From Turneriella sp. (lineage in GTDB: Bacteria > Spirochaetota > Leptospiria > Turneriellales > Turneriellaceae): a stretch of 64,000 nt of DNA. Below, piece by piece: positions 28,911 to 39,300 of this stretch. The notes under the pieces were generated by a model. That model searched no databases and had not been told where the DNA came from. It saw nothing but the letters and a program-made list of their open reading frames with translations. Position 1 is the stretch's first letter. Each line of letters opens with the position of its first letter. Location: positions 4,352,001 through 4,416,000 of the forward strand of contig CBDIID010000003.1 of assembly GCA_965279515.1 (NCBI GenBank). The letters run 5' to 3'. A program made the translations under genes and the position numbers.

Positions 28911-29882
28911 TTACGCCGACTTGCGGGCCCCGAGACCCTCGAGGTAACGTTCGGCTTCGATCGCGGCCATGCAGCCCGAACCTGCAGCGGTGATGGCTTG
29001 GCGGTAGAAGTGGTCTTTGACGTCACCCGCGGCGAACACCCCCGGAATATTTGTTGCGGTTCTGTCGGGTTGTGTCACGAGATAGCCGGTTTCGTCCATA
29101 TCGAGCTGCCCCTTAAAAAGCGAGGTATTTGGCACGTGGCCGATGGCGATAAAAAGTCCCTGCACGGGAAAATCTTCAATGGCGCCGGTGCGCGGGTCTT
29201 TGAGTTTTAAACCCGTGACCGTTCCGGTCTTCTCTTCGCCATAGACTTCGTCGACAGTGGCAAAAGTTTTAAAGACAATTTTCGGATTATTCTTCGCGCG
29301 ATCGACCATGATCTTGCTGGCGCGGAAATTATCGCTGCGGTGCAGCAATGTGACTTTGCTCGCAAACTTGGTTAAGAAGTTCGCTTCTTCAAAGGCCGAA
29401 TCGCCGCCGCCGACAACCGCAACTTCCTTGCCGCGGAAAAAAAAGCCGTCGCAGGTGGCGCAGGCCGAGACGCCCTTGCCTTTATACGCGAGTTCCGATG
29501 GAATTCCCAGGAAACGTGCCGTTGCGCCCGTAGCGACGATGACGGTATCGCCGGTGTAGGTGACACCTTCGGCGGTAACCTTGAAGGGCGCGCCGCCCTT
29601 GAGTTCGGCTTTGTCCGCCAGCACCGATTTCAGCTCAGCACCGAACCTCTGTGCCTGCTTGCGAAACTCTTCCATGATCTCAGGTCCCTGGATGCCCGCG
29701 GCAAAACCGGGGTAATTCTCGACTTCGCTCGTGATCATGAGCTGCCCGCCGCGTTCAATCCCCTCGAGCACCAGCGTTTTCAGGTTCGCGCGCCCCGCGT
29801 AGATGGCCGCGGTATAACCTGCAGGGCCCGACCCGACAATAATCGTATCGTAGTGGTTGTTTTCATTGCTTCCGGCGCTCAT
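28911..29882 (-). CDS. trxB: Thioredoxin-disulfide reductase
   Basis: Motifs GSGPAGYTAAIY, GVSACATCDGFF, VVGGGDSA, FAAGDV and RQAITAAG. Confidence 0.97.
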   Translation of the reverse strand: MSAGSNENNHYDTIIVGSGPAGYTAAIYAGRANLKTLVLEGIERGGQLMITSEVENYPGFAAGIQGPEIMEEFRKQAQRFGAELKSVLADKAELKGGAPFKVTAEGVTYTGDTVIVATGATARFLGIPSELAYKGKGVSACATCDGFFFRGKEVAVVGGGDSAFEEANFLTKFASKVTLLHRSDNFRASKIMVDRAKNNPKIVFKTFATVDEVYGEEKTGTVTGLKLKDPRTGAIEDFPVQGLFIAIGHVPNTSLFKGQLDMDETGYLVTQPDRTATNIPGVFAAGDVKDHFYRQAITAAGSGCMAAIEAERYLEGLGARKSA

Positions 29883-29961
29883 AGAATGAAAATAATGGAA
29901 ATCGACTCATGCGGACAAGATTTTGTGTTTTCTGCCTAAAGCGCCGCGCGAATGGTGGCGC

Positions 29962-30462
29962 ATGAGGCTGCTTAGCGTTCTTTTGATCGTTTTTGGGGTG
30001 TGCGGCCTTACCCATTGTACCGCGGGCGTCGCGCACAATGTCGCAGTGATTCTCCCGACGCCGCACCTCAACGCAGAGGGCGGGGGGGCCAAACAATTCG
30101 GTAACCTGTTCTTTTACACCGACCGTAACATGCCCGATACGAGTCTGGCCTATGGTGCCCTGGTGTCGGGTAAACCCGCCGAAGCGATGACCCTGCTTGC
30201 GCGCATTGAGGCTTCGAACCTGCCCGAGATCCAGCGCGCGTACTGGCAGACCGACGTGGCAGTATGTTTTATTCTTGAGGGCCGCTATAAAGAGGCGGAT
30301 GAACTCCTGGTACAGGCCGGCATGACCGCCGATGAAGAGGCGATACGGCACAACCACCGCGTCAGCGTCTATTTAAATGAATCACAGAGACTTTCGAAAA
30401 AGAAACAGGCGCCGCCAACCATTGCGCCCGATGCTGCCAAAGAAAAGGATGCGAAAAAATAA
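29962..30462 (+). CDS. Hypothetical lipoprotein with TPR-like helices
   Basis: Hydrophobic leader with a Cys (MRLLSVLLIVFGVCGLTHC). TPR-like segment AVCFILEGRYKEADELL. Confidence 0.6.
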   Translation: MRLLSVLLIVFGVCGLTHCTAGVAHNVAVILPTPHLNAEGGGAKQFGNLFFYTDRNMPDTSLAYGALVSGKPAEAMTLLARIEASNLPEIQRAYWQTDVAVCFILEGRYKEADELLVQAGMTADEEAIRHNHRVSVYLNESQRLSKKKQAPPTIAPDAAKEKDAKK

Positions 30463-30874
30463 ACGTTGCTTCGTCGCGCTACTGGCGATCGTGGCATCTT
30501 TGGCAGGTTGTACGCTCAGCGAACCCTTACCGCAGGATTATTATTCCGGTACGGCAAAAATCGGCGGTGGTAATCCGCCGTCGGTGCCGGTGGTTACTTT
30601 TACTGCGGCGCAACTGCGTTTTGATTTTTCAGCATCGATCGATCCCGAAAGCGGCGGTGAAGTCGGCACCTACCTGATCTATACCTATGATGGAGAGCCG
30701 TCCACTTATTATGCTCCGCGCGATATTGTACTCACGATAACACCGCCCGCAGCGCGTACGTTCTACTACACCGGACTACAAAGTGGGGTGCGAACGGCGG
30801 TTGTAACCGGTTTTGACGGTTACCGCGAATCTGCGGTCACAACGCAGAATAAAATTACTTTCAGTTTTCCGTAA
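30449..30874 (+). CDS. Small FN3-like lipoprotein
   Basis: Classic lipobox in MRKNKRCFVALLAIVASLAG-C. Beta-rich body ending in a GYRES motif, as in FN3 domains. Confidence 0.65.
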   Translation: MRKNKRCFVALLAIVASLAGCTLSEPLPQDYYSGTAKIGGGNPPSVPVVTFTAAQLRFDFSASIDPESGGEVGTYLIYTYDGEPSTYYAPRDIVLTITPPAARTFYYTGLQSGVRTAVVTGFDGYRESAVTTQNKITFSFP

Positions 30875-30884
30875 CGAAACTTCG

Positions 30885-31826
30885 TCAGAACCGCGACTGG
30901 AATTGCAGCGCAACATTTAAACTGCGAAACTGCCGCGTCAGTTCGCGGAATTCCGTATCGCCCAGCTCTTCATTATACTTGCGCGCGGTGCGGTAACTCG
31001 AATAGATTTGCCCGATGTAGGCGCCGGTGGCAAAAGTCGTGAACAGAATCGATTGTACCGCGCTGTCACGCATGAAGCCGTCGTAGGCCAGAAACGCCGC
31101 GCCGCCCACGAGGCTAAAACTGACGATGCCGGTATCCCATTCGCCGAGCAGAAAATGGCCGCCGCCGGGCAGCAGCGCTGAAAAGGCGATCGCCCAATAA
31201 GGACTTTTCGCAGAAAGCTCCCTGGCTTTTTCAAGAATCGGCAGCGTCTTTTCGAAAAATTCACCGTATTGCGGATTCATCACCGCGCCCGCATCTTTTT
31301 TCGCTGACCAGTTTTTTTTCGCCGCCGTCATCCGCTCGAAGGCATCGCTAAATTTGCGGTTTCCCGCCGCCGCCATGCCGGCATAGATCGTATAATCGAG
31401 CACGTAAGGAGCTCCCTCGACGTCTGCCTGCAAATCCGTGAAGAGCCTGTCGGCGTTCGAATATTCATGGTTCTCGTAATAGCTTAGGGCAATATAATTC
31501 AGGGCGACAAATTTCAGCCTTGAGTCCTTCGATTCCGTCAGCGGCAAAAGTTCGTGTTTGGCCTGCGGAAACCTGCCGCCCTCATAATACATTTTGCCGA
31601 TCTGGAAATGTACCCATTCGAGTTTATCATAATCGGGAAACAGAAAGATGACTTTTTTGTATTCCGTGATGGCACGGTAATAATCCTGCTCATCGGCAAA
31701 TGCGTCGGCGAGGGTCAGGAAGGTTTGCGGTTTGGAAAAGTCGGGCTTGGTTTTGCCGGCGGCTTCCAGGGCTGAGGCATTCAGCGACAGGGCTGTGATC
31801 AGTACAAAAAGAGAGCGGGGGAGCAT
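30885..31826 (-). CDS. Exported TPR protein with a C-terminal hydrophobic (TM2-like) region
   Basis: TPR segment DYYRAITEYKKVIFLFP. C-terminal KSPYWAIAFSALLPGGGHFLLG segment. Confidence 0.75.
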   Translation of the reverse strand: MLPRSLFVLITALSLNASALEAAGKTKPDFSKPQTFLTLADAFADEQDYYRAITEYKKVIFLFPDYDKLEWVHFQIGKMYYEGGRFPQAKHELLPLTESKDSRLKFVALNYIALSYYENHEYSNADRLFTDLQADVEGAPYVLDYTIYAGMAAAGNRKFSDAFERMTAAKKNWSAKKDAGAVMNPQYGEFFEKTLPILEKARELSAKSPYWAIAFSALLPGGGHFLLGEWDTGIVSFSLVGGAAFLAYDGFMRDSAVQSILFTTFATGAYIGQIYSSYRTARKYNEELGDTEFRELTRQFRSLNVALQFQSRF

Positions 31827-32170
31827 CAGTATTCTTTCGGCGGGTCTACCGGGTAATCGCGTTGGCCCGGGTGGCAGCGGATTAGGCGGTCGGTACCCAT
31901 GACGATACCCTTAAAGAGGCCGAATTTGCGGATCGCTTCGCCAGTATAGCGTGAGCAGGTCGGTGTGTAGTGGCAGGTTGCGCCTGACAGCGGGCTGACA
32001 TAATTCTGGTAAAAACGTATCAACGGATTTGTTTCGGCGCGGCTCTGTTCATGCACATGCGGAATAGCATCCCCCGTGACGGGATGCGCCCGTGAAATAC
32101 TCCACGGGTCTTCGGCGCACACCTGGCAGGTCACCGCAAGGGAAAAAATCGCCGTAAAGAGCCGCGGCAC
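31826..32170 (-). CDS. YidD-like (haemolytic domain) protein with a signal-peptide-like extension
   Basis: LIRFYQNYVSP...CHYTPTCSRY...AIRKFGLFKG...DRLIRCHP: the three conserved YidD cysteines are present. Confidence 0.85.
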   Translation of the reverse strand: MPRLFTAIFSLAVTCQVCAEDPWSISRAHPVTGDAIPHVHEQSRAETNPLIRFYQNYVSPLSGATCHYTPTCSRYTGEAIRKFGLFKGIVMGTDRLIRCHPGQRDYPVDPPKEY

Positions 32171-32269
32171 CTGCGCAAGTTGCGTTCGTCAGCCGCCCGT
32201 CAATGCTATAATAGGATAAATGACGCAACTCAGGATTCAATTTGGGTTGTAACTTTACCGATGATCTAA

Positions 32270-32941
32270 ATGAGAGACTCTATGCTGCGCTTCACATTTG
32301 CCGCTATTTTAGCCGTGATTATGTCACCCGCCCTAACGGCGGTGCCATTTTACTGGGAGGCAAAAACCGAAGAACCCGGTTTCACCATCGATGTTCCCTC
32401 GCTCTGGAGCCAGGCATCGCGCGCGCGCGATAAGGTGGCGAATGTCCATTTTGAACGCAGGGATAAATCGGGTCGGGTAGCGATCGAAGTCAGGTCATAT
32501 TCCTCTGAAAATACTGAAATCGACCAGCTCATACTGCAACTGCGCACCCGCCTGGCGGTGAAATACGACCGTGTTTTTCTCGTGAAGAGAAAAGAGCTCG
32601 GTTTCCGCAAGGGTATTGAAAAGCAGATTTGGAGTGCCCGCATCGGCAAAAAAGTCTATACGCTGACGACGGCTTTTGTGGTCGCCGAAGACAAAGTCCT
32701 CCAGCTGATCTGTGTTTCGCCGGTTAGCCGCCAGAAAGAATATGAGTTCGTTTTCGACAATGCACTTCTCTCGCTCGATTTCTCCGACGGCCGGCCTGAA
32801 GGCGAAGGCAAAACTGAGGCTCCGGCAGCCGCCGAGGCACCAGCCGCAGCCGCACCAGCGGTAGCTCCGGCAGCGCCTGCAGTTCCCGGTGCTACTGCAC
32901 CGGCGGCGGCAAAACCGAAACCGCCTAAAATTGAGTTTTAA
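32270..32941 (+). CDS. Exported PsbP-like protein with an Ala/Pro-rich tail
   Basis: Signal peptide, GFTIDVPSLW motif, and a low-complexity EAPAAA repeat tail. Confidence 0.65.
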   Translation: MRDSMLRFTFAAILAVIMSPALTAVPFYWEAKTEEPGFTIDVPSLWSQASRARDKVANVHFERRDKSGRVAIEVRSYSSENTEIDQLILQLRTRLAVKYDRVFLVKRKELGFRKGIEKQIWSARIGKKVYTLTTAFVVAEDKVLQLICVSPVSRQKEYEFVFDNALLSLDFSDGRPEGEGKTEAPAAAEAPAAAAPAVAPAAPAVPGATAPAAAKPKPPKIEF

Positions 32942-32955
32942 TTGTAAGGATAAGT

Positions 32956-34074
32956 ATGACAAACATCAAGAAACTCCTCGCGATTCTCGCCGCTACGGCC
33001 ATGGTCGCAGTTCTCGGCGTAACGCTTTCGGCGCAGGATAAACCCGCAGAGGCCGAAGCCGCACAGGCGCCTGAAGAGGGCGATGACCTGGGCGCTTTGG
33101 GAAAAGAGCTCTCAGACCTGTGGGGTGAAAAAGCCTGCGTCGCCGAACAGGCGAGCAAGTATGAAGAACCGGTGATCTCCATTGCCTGCGACGCAGAATA
33201 CACGAGCGCCGAGCGCGATAAATTTCTGGATTTCCTCTTTAAAAAGGGCTTTGCCTTCCGCGGCGAGTCTTATGATATCAAGGGAACGACCGGGCACTAT
33301 TGGTATAAATTTGATAAGAAGGATGGCTCGCGGAGCCGACCTGTCTTTGTCCGCCTGCATATCACAAGCCAGGGGCCACTTTGGGGTGCTGCAAGACAAC
33401 CTGCGCAGATCGCCGTTTATGTGGATTACCTCGCCACTGCCGACGAACTGACCGCCTGGCAGACACTCGGCATTCCCTTAACGTTTGGCCTTAAGGCAGC
33501 TGAAGGCGCCAAAGAACTCGCCCAGCAGATCGAAGAGTACAAACAGGAATCCTGGCTGGCCCTCGACCTTAAATCCGGCACTTTTTCAGAACCCGATCAG
33601 AGCGCGTCGGTGCGCGACATCGTCGAACAGGACCTGATCGGCCCGCATATCAAAGCTTCGCTCGAACAGACGGGCGATGTCTGGGGTTTTGTCGTGCGTG
33701 ACCTGAATAACGTTACGACCACGGTCGCCTCGGCGCGCGCGGTCTTTACAGCCATGAAAGCCGAGGGGAAATCCTTCGTGTTGCTGCCGGCGCGTTACAA
33801 TAAAGCACTGACGACGACTGCGAATGTAATGAACATGAACCACCGCCGCGTGACATACGACATGGCAGCGATGTGTAATAAAGAACCGGGTAAAATCTGG
33901 GCCTACCTGAAAAGCAAGGCGGGCTCGGGCGGTATCATCGCGCGTTTCCCGGCGAGTTACAAAAAGTGTGCCCATCGCCTCAGCCGCACGCTGAAACGCG
34001 ACGGCAGGGCAGAGTTCAAGACCCTCAGCAGCTTCTTTGGTTATAAAGCCACAGCGCCCGGCAAGGGCGAATAA
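32956..34074 (+). CDS. Exported protein with a divergent polysaccharide-deacetylase-like C-terminal domain
   Basis: Signal peptide. QIAVYVD...LGIPLTFG resembles the start of the YibQ-type divergent deacetylase domain, but the catalytic motifs are degenerate. Confidence 0.5.
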   Translation: MTNIKKLLAILAATAMVAVLGVTLSAQDKPAEAEAAQAPEEGDDLGALGKELSDLWGEKACVAEQASKYEEPVISIACDAEYTSAERDKFLDFLFKKGFAFRGESYDIKGTTGHYWYKFDKKDGSRSRPVFVRLHITSQGPLWGAARQPAQIAVYVDYLATADELTAWQTLGIPLTFGLKAAEGAKELAQQIEEYKQESWLALDLKSGTFSEPDQSASVRDIVEQDLIGPHIKASLEQTGDVWGFVVRDLNNVTTTVASARAVFTAMKAEGKSFVLLPARYNKALTTTANVMNMNHRRVTYDMAAMCNKEPGKIWAYLKSKAGSGGIIARFPASYKKCAHRLSRTLKRDGRAEFKTLSSFFGYKATAPGKGE

Positions 34075-34077
34075 CTA

Positions 34078-34105
34078 AACTGCCCGGAAGAAATCCCGGG
34101 TAGTT
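34078..34105. terminator. Hairpin between convergent genes (probably bidirectional)
   Basis: AACTGCCCGG-N8-CCGGGTAGTT, a 10-bp stem with one G-U pair. Confidence 0.55.
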
Positions 34106-34116
34106 GATCAAGATCT

Positions 34117-35562
34117 TTAGAGATTATTACAAGAGCTGCTGTTGCGGCACTTTCTGACATCCATCACAGCCTTTTCATTGATCAGTGCCATCTCGCCCGC
34201 GGCATTCTGTACGGCCCAGGTAACGGCGTTTTTCCATACACCCTGATTGCTTGTCGTCAGCTTGTCGTATCCCGAGCGCATACGGATGTGGTAGGTATAG
34301 AATGCCTGTTCGATGATGATTTTATGCACATTGCCCGGGGGCAGGTTGTAACGATTTTGTTTGCCGTTGAGGTAGGCCTGTAAGTTCGCATAACCGGGGC
34401 ACTCACCGGTATAATTCCGGCTTTCGTAGTTCTTATCGTCATCGCAGGTACCGATGTTACGCGTGCCATAGTGGTCGTCGGCAAAGCTCTCGTAGTCAGA
34501 GTGATTGTAACCGCTGGTAATCCAAATGTGCGACTGCTGCGTGACGTCGCCGGCGTAATGGTTGGCGAGCGCATAATAAAGAATCTGATCGCCGGTTGCG
34601 GTATAATATCTGCCCTGAATAGCGGCGTTTTGCAGGCTGTGGTCCCGGCTGCTTAATCCCTCAAGCCATGCTTCATTAAAATAGAATGTCGCGGCATTGT
34701 ACGCAGGTTCGAAAATTGCCCAGTCCTCATTGCCGGTAAAGAAACTCAGCGCATTTCCCGCTGCCCCGCCTGGAACTGTATTGGGGAATTGGAAGGTACC
34801 ACCGTATTCCGAACCTTTGTCGGGGCAGGCGCCGATAACAGCAGTGTCGCTGTAACAGTTGTAGTTTGTGCCGTCGTCCGTACCGAGCTGCTTCGAACCG
34901 CGGGGTGTTCCCAGCGGTGTGGTAGAGCCATTCTGCTGATAATCCACAATCGGATTTGTCTGCATCGGTGTGGCAGCTGTCGTCCACTCGGCGCAGCTTG
35001 AATCCGTGCAGCCAGGGATGTTGATGGTAAACGGTGCGGAACCGAAACCCGTGGCTATCAGAGAATCGACGCTGCCGAATTCCTGAAAACCATAGGTGCC
35101 GTTGTAGCCATAACCATCAATGGTATTGTAATTGTTTGTCACGAGCGGATCGCCGCTGGAATCTGTAAATTTCAGGTTGATGAAGTGCGTATAGGTTGTG
35201 ATGTTATTGCCAAAGGCGCTCCAGCTGAAGAAGAACAAATGGTCGATAAAATTATCTTGCAGGTAGTCAATCTTGACCCCGCCGACGCGGTGAATGCCGA
35301 TCGCCCCGCATTGTGTGTTGTCACCTGCGCTCATCGCATCAGGCGTATAGTTAATATTGACGCAGGTGCCGCTGTAGCGCCCGCCCGCTTTGGCCTTCAG
35401 GTAATCTGCAGCCCAGCGCATCTGGTTTGAACCCTGAAATTCCATATAGAGGAAAGATTCTTCAGGCAGGTTTTTGTGCACCTTGTCCCAGAACGCCGCT
35501 ACCGGTGTCAGGGCCGCTGTAAGAAACAGGATGCAGGCGGTTTTCAGGCACTTACGGTACAT
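34117..35562 (-). CDS. Secreted zinc-dependent phospholipase C / S1-P1 nuclease superfamily protein
   Basis: Signal peptide ending VAA, mature N-terminus FWDKVH, then YTHF, HYAGDVTQQSH and HSDYE. These match the tri-zinc ligand pattern of the family. Confidence 0.75.
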   Translation of the reverse strand: MYRKCLKTACILFLTAALTPVAAFWDKVHKNLPEESFLYMEFQGSNQMRWAADYLKAKAGGRYSGTCVNINYTPDAMSAGDNTQCGAIGIHRVGGVKIDYLQDNFIDHLFFFSWSAFGNNITTYTHFINLKFTDSSGDPLVTNNYNTIDGYGYNGTYGFQEFGSVDSLIATGFGSAPFTINIPGCTDSSCAEWTTAATPMQTNPIVDYQQNGSTTPLGTPRGSKQLGTDDGTNYNCYSDTAVIGACPDKGSEYGGTFQFPNTVPGGAAGNALSFFTGNEDWAIFEPAYNAATFYFNEAWLEGLSSRDHSLQNAAIQGRYYTATGDQILYYALANHYAGDVTQQSHIWITSGYNHSDYESFADDHYGTRNIGTCDDDKNYESRNYTGECPGYANLQAYLNGKQNRYNLPPGNVHKIIIEQAFYTYHIRMRSGYDKLTTSNQGVWKNAVTWAVQNAAGEMALINEKAVMDVRKCRNSSSCNNL

Positions 35563-36307
35563 TCTGTACCTCGACCGAGAACTGACCGTTCTGGATCGGT
35601 GTTTTGACCGCCGGGCTCAATCCCTCGTTATAGACCACAACGCCGCCAAACGAACCCGTGAGTTGCGTCAGCTTGCCATTCACCACGGTCGGGGTAATCC
35701 GTACAACCAGCGTGGTATCACGGTATTTATTTTCGCGCATCACGCCGTCGCCCGAACGGATACGTTCATCGCGCGATTTGCCTACCCATGTCGGGCCGTG
35801 TTTTTTGTATTCGACGCGGATTTTCTTACGTTTCTGCCTGCGTTCTTTCATCAGGCGATAACACAACTCGCTATGGCGGAAGTGTTCGCGGCATTCATGG
35901 ATGCGCTGTTCGGGGCGGTCTTCGGGATCGTCTTCGAAGCCTCCCGTGTCGACATCTTCTCTTTTGTGATATTGAATAAAATTGTCGCGGGCCAGCGTCA
36001 CGTGCGGAGCAAGCGTATAGACACCCTTGTTGCTCATCAGTACCAGCGAAACCGGATTATATTCCGATGAGATTTCCTGTACTGAGTCCAGAGCCCCCTG
36101 CGGGAGTTCGGCAGTAATGGCAAACATGGCTTTTGCCGTCAGGTCTTTGACACCAATGATCAGCTGGGTTTTGCCGTTTTTGTTGGTGATAACTGCGTGG
36201 CCGCCGGTTAACGAATAGTTACGCCCGGCAATACGGAATGATACACCGGATTCGGCATACGCGAAACCGGTGAGTGCAAAAACCGTAACCCAAACTAATC
36301 GGCGCAT
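35552..36307 (-). CDS. Exported hypothetical protein
   Basis: Signal peptide (FAYA-E). Beta-rich ends flank a highly charged insert. Overlaps the PLC-like gene by 11 bp. Confidence 0.75.
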   Translation of the reverse strand: MRRLVWVTVFALTGFAYAESGVSFRIAGRNYSLTGGHAVITNKNGKTQLIIGVKDLTAKAMFAITAELPQGALDSVQEISSEYNPVSLVLMSNKGVYTLAPHVTLARDNFIQYHKREDVDTGGFEDDPEDRPEQRIHECREHFRHSELCYRLMKERRQKRKKIRVEYKKHGPTWVGKSRDERIRSGDGVMRENKYRDTTLVVRITPTVVNGKLTQLTGSFGGVVVYNEGLSPAVKTPIQNGQFSVEVQNVP

Positions 36308-36389
36308 ACTACCTTATACAGTAATAGCAGCAAAAAGGTTACTGGCGCCAGTTTAATAGCGAACAAATGTATTCTATAATCACAATCGT

Positions 36390-39300
36390 TCACCATCCGG
36401 TATTCGTGGCATTGGGCGTGAGTACTAGCGGCGCAGATGAAGTGCTGGCTGTCAGGTGCTTCCAGCCTGCCTTACCCGCGTTACGGATAGCTCCCAAGTC
36501 TGCGGCGGCGCGGCTTACGCCACCATCTGAGGCCGAACATGAATAGGCCGTATTTTCCGCAGTGCTGGCATCCGAAGAGACGCAGATACCGGTGAGCTGC
36601 GTCACCCTGTCGTTTAGTCCGAATACGGGCCGCTCCGGCATTGGCCAGAAAGATTGCAGGTTGTTATAGAAGTGGGTTAGCGGGCCGACCACCATCTGCT
36701 GCGTCAGGGTGCCGTCACGGTCCGTATAGTACAGGGCATCCTGGATGCCTTTATAGGGCAGGCTGCACTCGGCCTTCGTCGTATCGACAGTGTCGTTTTC
36801 ACCGGTGGCGCAATAGGTAAGAATAAACGTGCCGTCGGTACCGTCAAAGCCGGCGGTGTCGCGCAGGCTGATCGCCATCGGAAAAGTCAAAGTTCCGCTC
36901 GTGCGGTCGGGTTGAATAAACGCGGCCTGCGCAATGCCGACAGACAGGATCGTGCCGGCAGGCGTATACATATCGCTGAACTCATAGACCAGGCGGAGCT
37001 CCTCGTCGTTATAATAATAGAGTTTCAGGCCGCGCGTTGTTCCCGCGCCGGTGATCTTGATCTCGGCCCAGTCTTTGGCACCGAATGTACCGACGCTGAC
37101 GCTGCCAGCAACGCGGACTTCATTAATAATTGCGGTGGCGAAAGCGCCGGCAGGGCCGTTGACATGGAGTACGCTGCCGCCCGCATTGCGGACTCCGGCG
37201 ACATCGCTGTCTTTGCACGTCGCGTTGGCTGTTACACTATAACGACAGGTGGGCGCGGTCATTAAATTTGTCGAGAGCGCAACGATGACCTGCGCGCTGC
37301 TGTTTCCCGCGGTGATTCCCGTGACTGTCGGCGCGCCGCAGCCACCCTGGGTCAGTGCAACCGAGATCTTGCTTGCAGCTCCGATACAGTTATTAACCGC
37401 ACTCGTCATATTGCTGTCGAAGGTCACTGCGATCTGGCTTGTTGAGATCGCCTCAACTTTCTTGATAACGGGATTCACTTCCGTGGCATAGATATACCCT
37501 GCAGATGAGTAGGTGCTAGCCGCTTTGGCGGTACAGCCATCAAATGAAGTTGTGCCATTAGAATCCTGGCGGCTGGTGCATGTGTAAGCAGCCCCGGTAC
37601 TATGCGAAAACCAGGCATCCGCCAAATTGCCGGAAACTACATTTGGGCAGGTCGGCAACGTTGCCGGCGGCCATGAGCCACCCGAGCCGGCACTGCAACC
37701 ACGGCGTTCCATCGATTGCGTAATCTTTGTGCCTGAAAAATCATCATAAACCCCGGCGGGCGCGGTGAAGCCGTCACCCGCTTCGTCGATCAGGTTCATC
37801 GCTTTATCGAAGAGGCGTATTTTAAAACTGGAATTCGAAATTTTAAAACCTTTTGTGCCTGAAAATTTGAAGTGTTCTGTCGACAGCGCGCCGCCGCTCG
37901 AGTTTCTGATCTCCCCACCCTGATCGTCATAGACGATTTGTTCGTCGGCGCCGGTATCGGCAAAGGCAGAAGGTTTGTTATTGTAAAAAAGGCGAATCTG
38001 TCCGGGGCAGATGACGTTGGGCTGCGGTGTCGCATAAGCTGCAAATCCCGAGCAGGACTGGCGATTTTCATAGTACCAGTTATAGTTATCGGGTATGGGG
38101 TAGAGGTTACGTTTGTCATTTGTGCCCCACTGTATCGCCCAATGGGAGACATCGATCGGGGCAGAACTGTTGTTCATGATTTCCACGAAATCATCAGTCT
38201 TATCGATGGTGCCGCCGTCCGATGCGCCACCCCAGCCGACTTCGGTGATGATGATGTCGCGCAGATTCGCGGTGTGGCCGTGCTTTACGACCTTGAGCGC
38301 CATGTCGTTGGCAATCCCCCAGGCGCCCTTCCATTGTTCGTAGATTGTATTCACTACACGTGCCTGGTTGACAATGATGACATTCTCGTCGTTATTATTG
38401 ATCGCGTTGTTCGACCAGTTAAACGAACCTGTGGCCATGCGCGCATTGGGTGTACCTGCGTCGACGAGTACGGTCTTGCAGTGCATCTTGCCGCCGTGTG
38501 CGGGGTTGTTCTTCACCGAGGTGTTTTCGTTGCCGTCCCAGCGCACGAAGGGGCCTGTCGGGTTCATCGAACCGTTGTTATTGAAACCCGCTGAATAGAG
38601 TTTGGGCGCTTCTTCTGAAACCCCGATGATAAATGTCGAGTCATGGATGCCATAGACGGGTATGCCCTTTTGCCGCGCCATCTTCACCATGGCGGCATCG
38701 AGCTCATCATGCGTGTTGGCAAAAATCATATAATGGATGCTGGTCGTCGCCGATTCAACCAGGTTGATGATGCGGTCCATGGCTTCGTCACCCTGGTATG
38801 GGGAAAAATAAAGTTCGAGTACGCTGTTGTTCATTACGACACTCGTCGTTGCATTGCGCTGGCGTTTCTGCGAGGCGAAGAGGCCGTTGTGCATCTGCAG
38901 AAATTCATCTTTGTAAAGTTTTACGATGGTGTCGTTCTGGATGATATACCAGTTGTTGTTGTTGCGCACCATGTCGGTATCGGAAATATTCCCCGTGCCC
39001 ATGAAGACGTATTTGTCGTCGACAACGGCGAATTTGTCGTGCTGAATGCCATTCGCGTTACCCAGTGTCATATTAATGTTGTTCACATACATCGACTGAT
39101 AGCCGCTGGTGTAGAATTCGTCGATGTCTCCGACAACGCGCACGTCAATATTGCGCTGGTATGCCCTGAGCACTGCCTGGACAACGGAGGTCTTGTTGAA
39201 GTTATAAACCGACAGATACATGTAACGTTCCGCGCCGTCGATGAGCTTTACCAGCTCGTCGTCGACCTTCTTATCGATCATTGTATCCTGGTCTTTGCCC

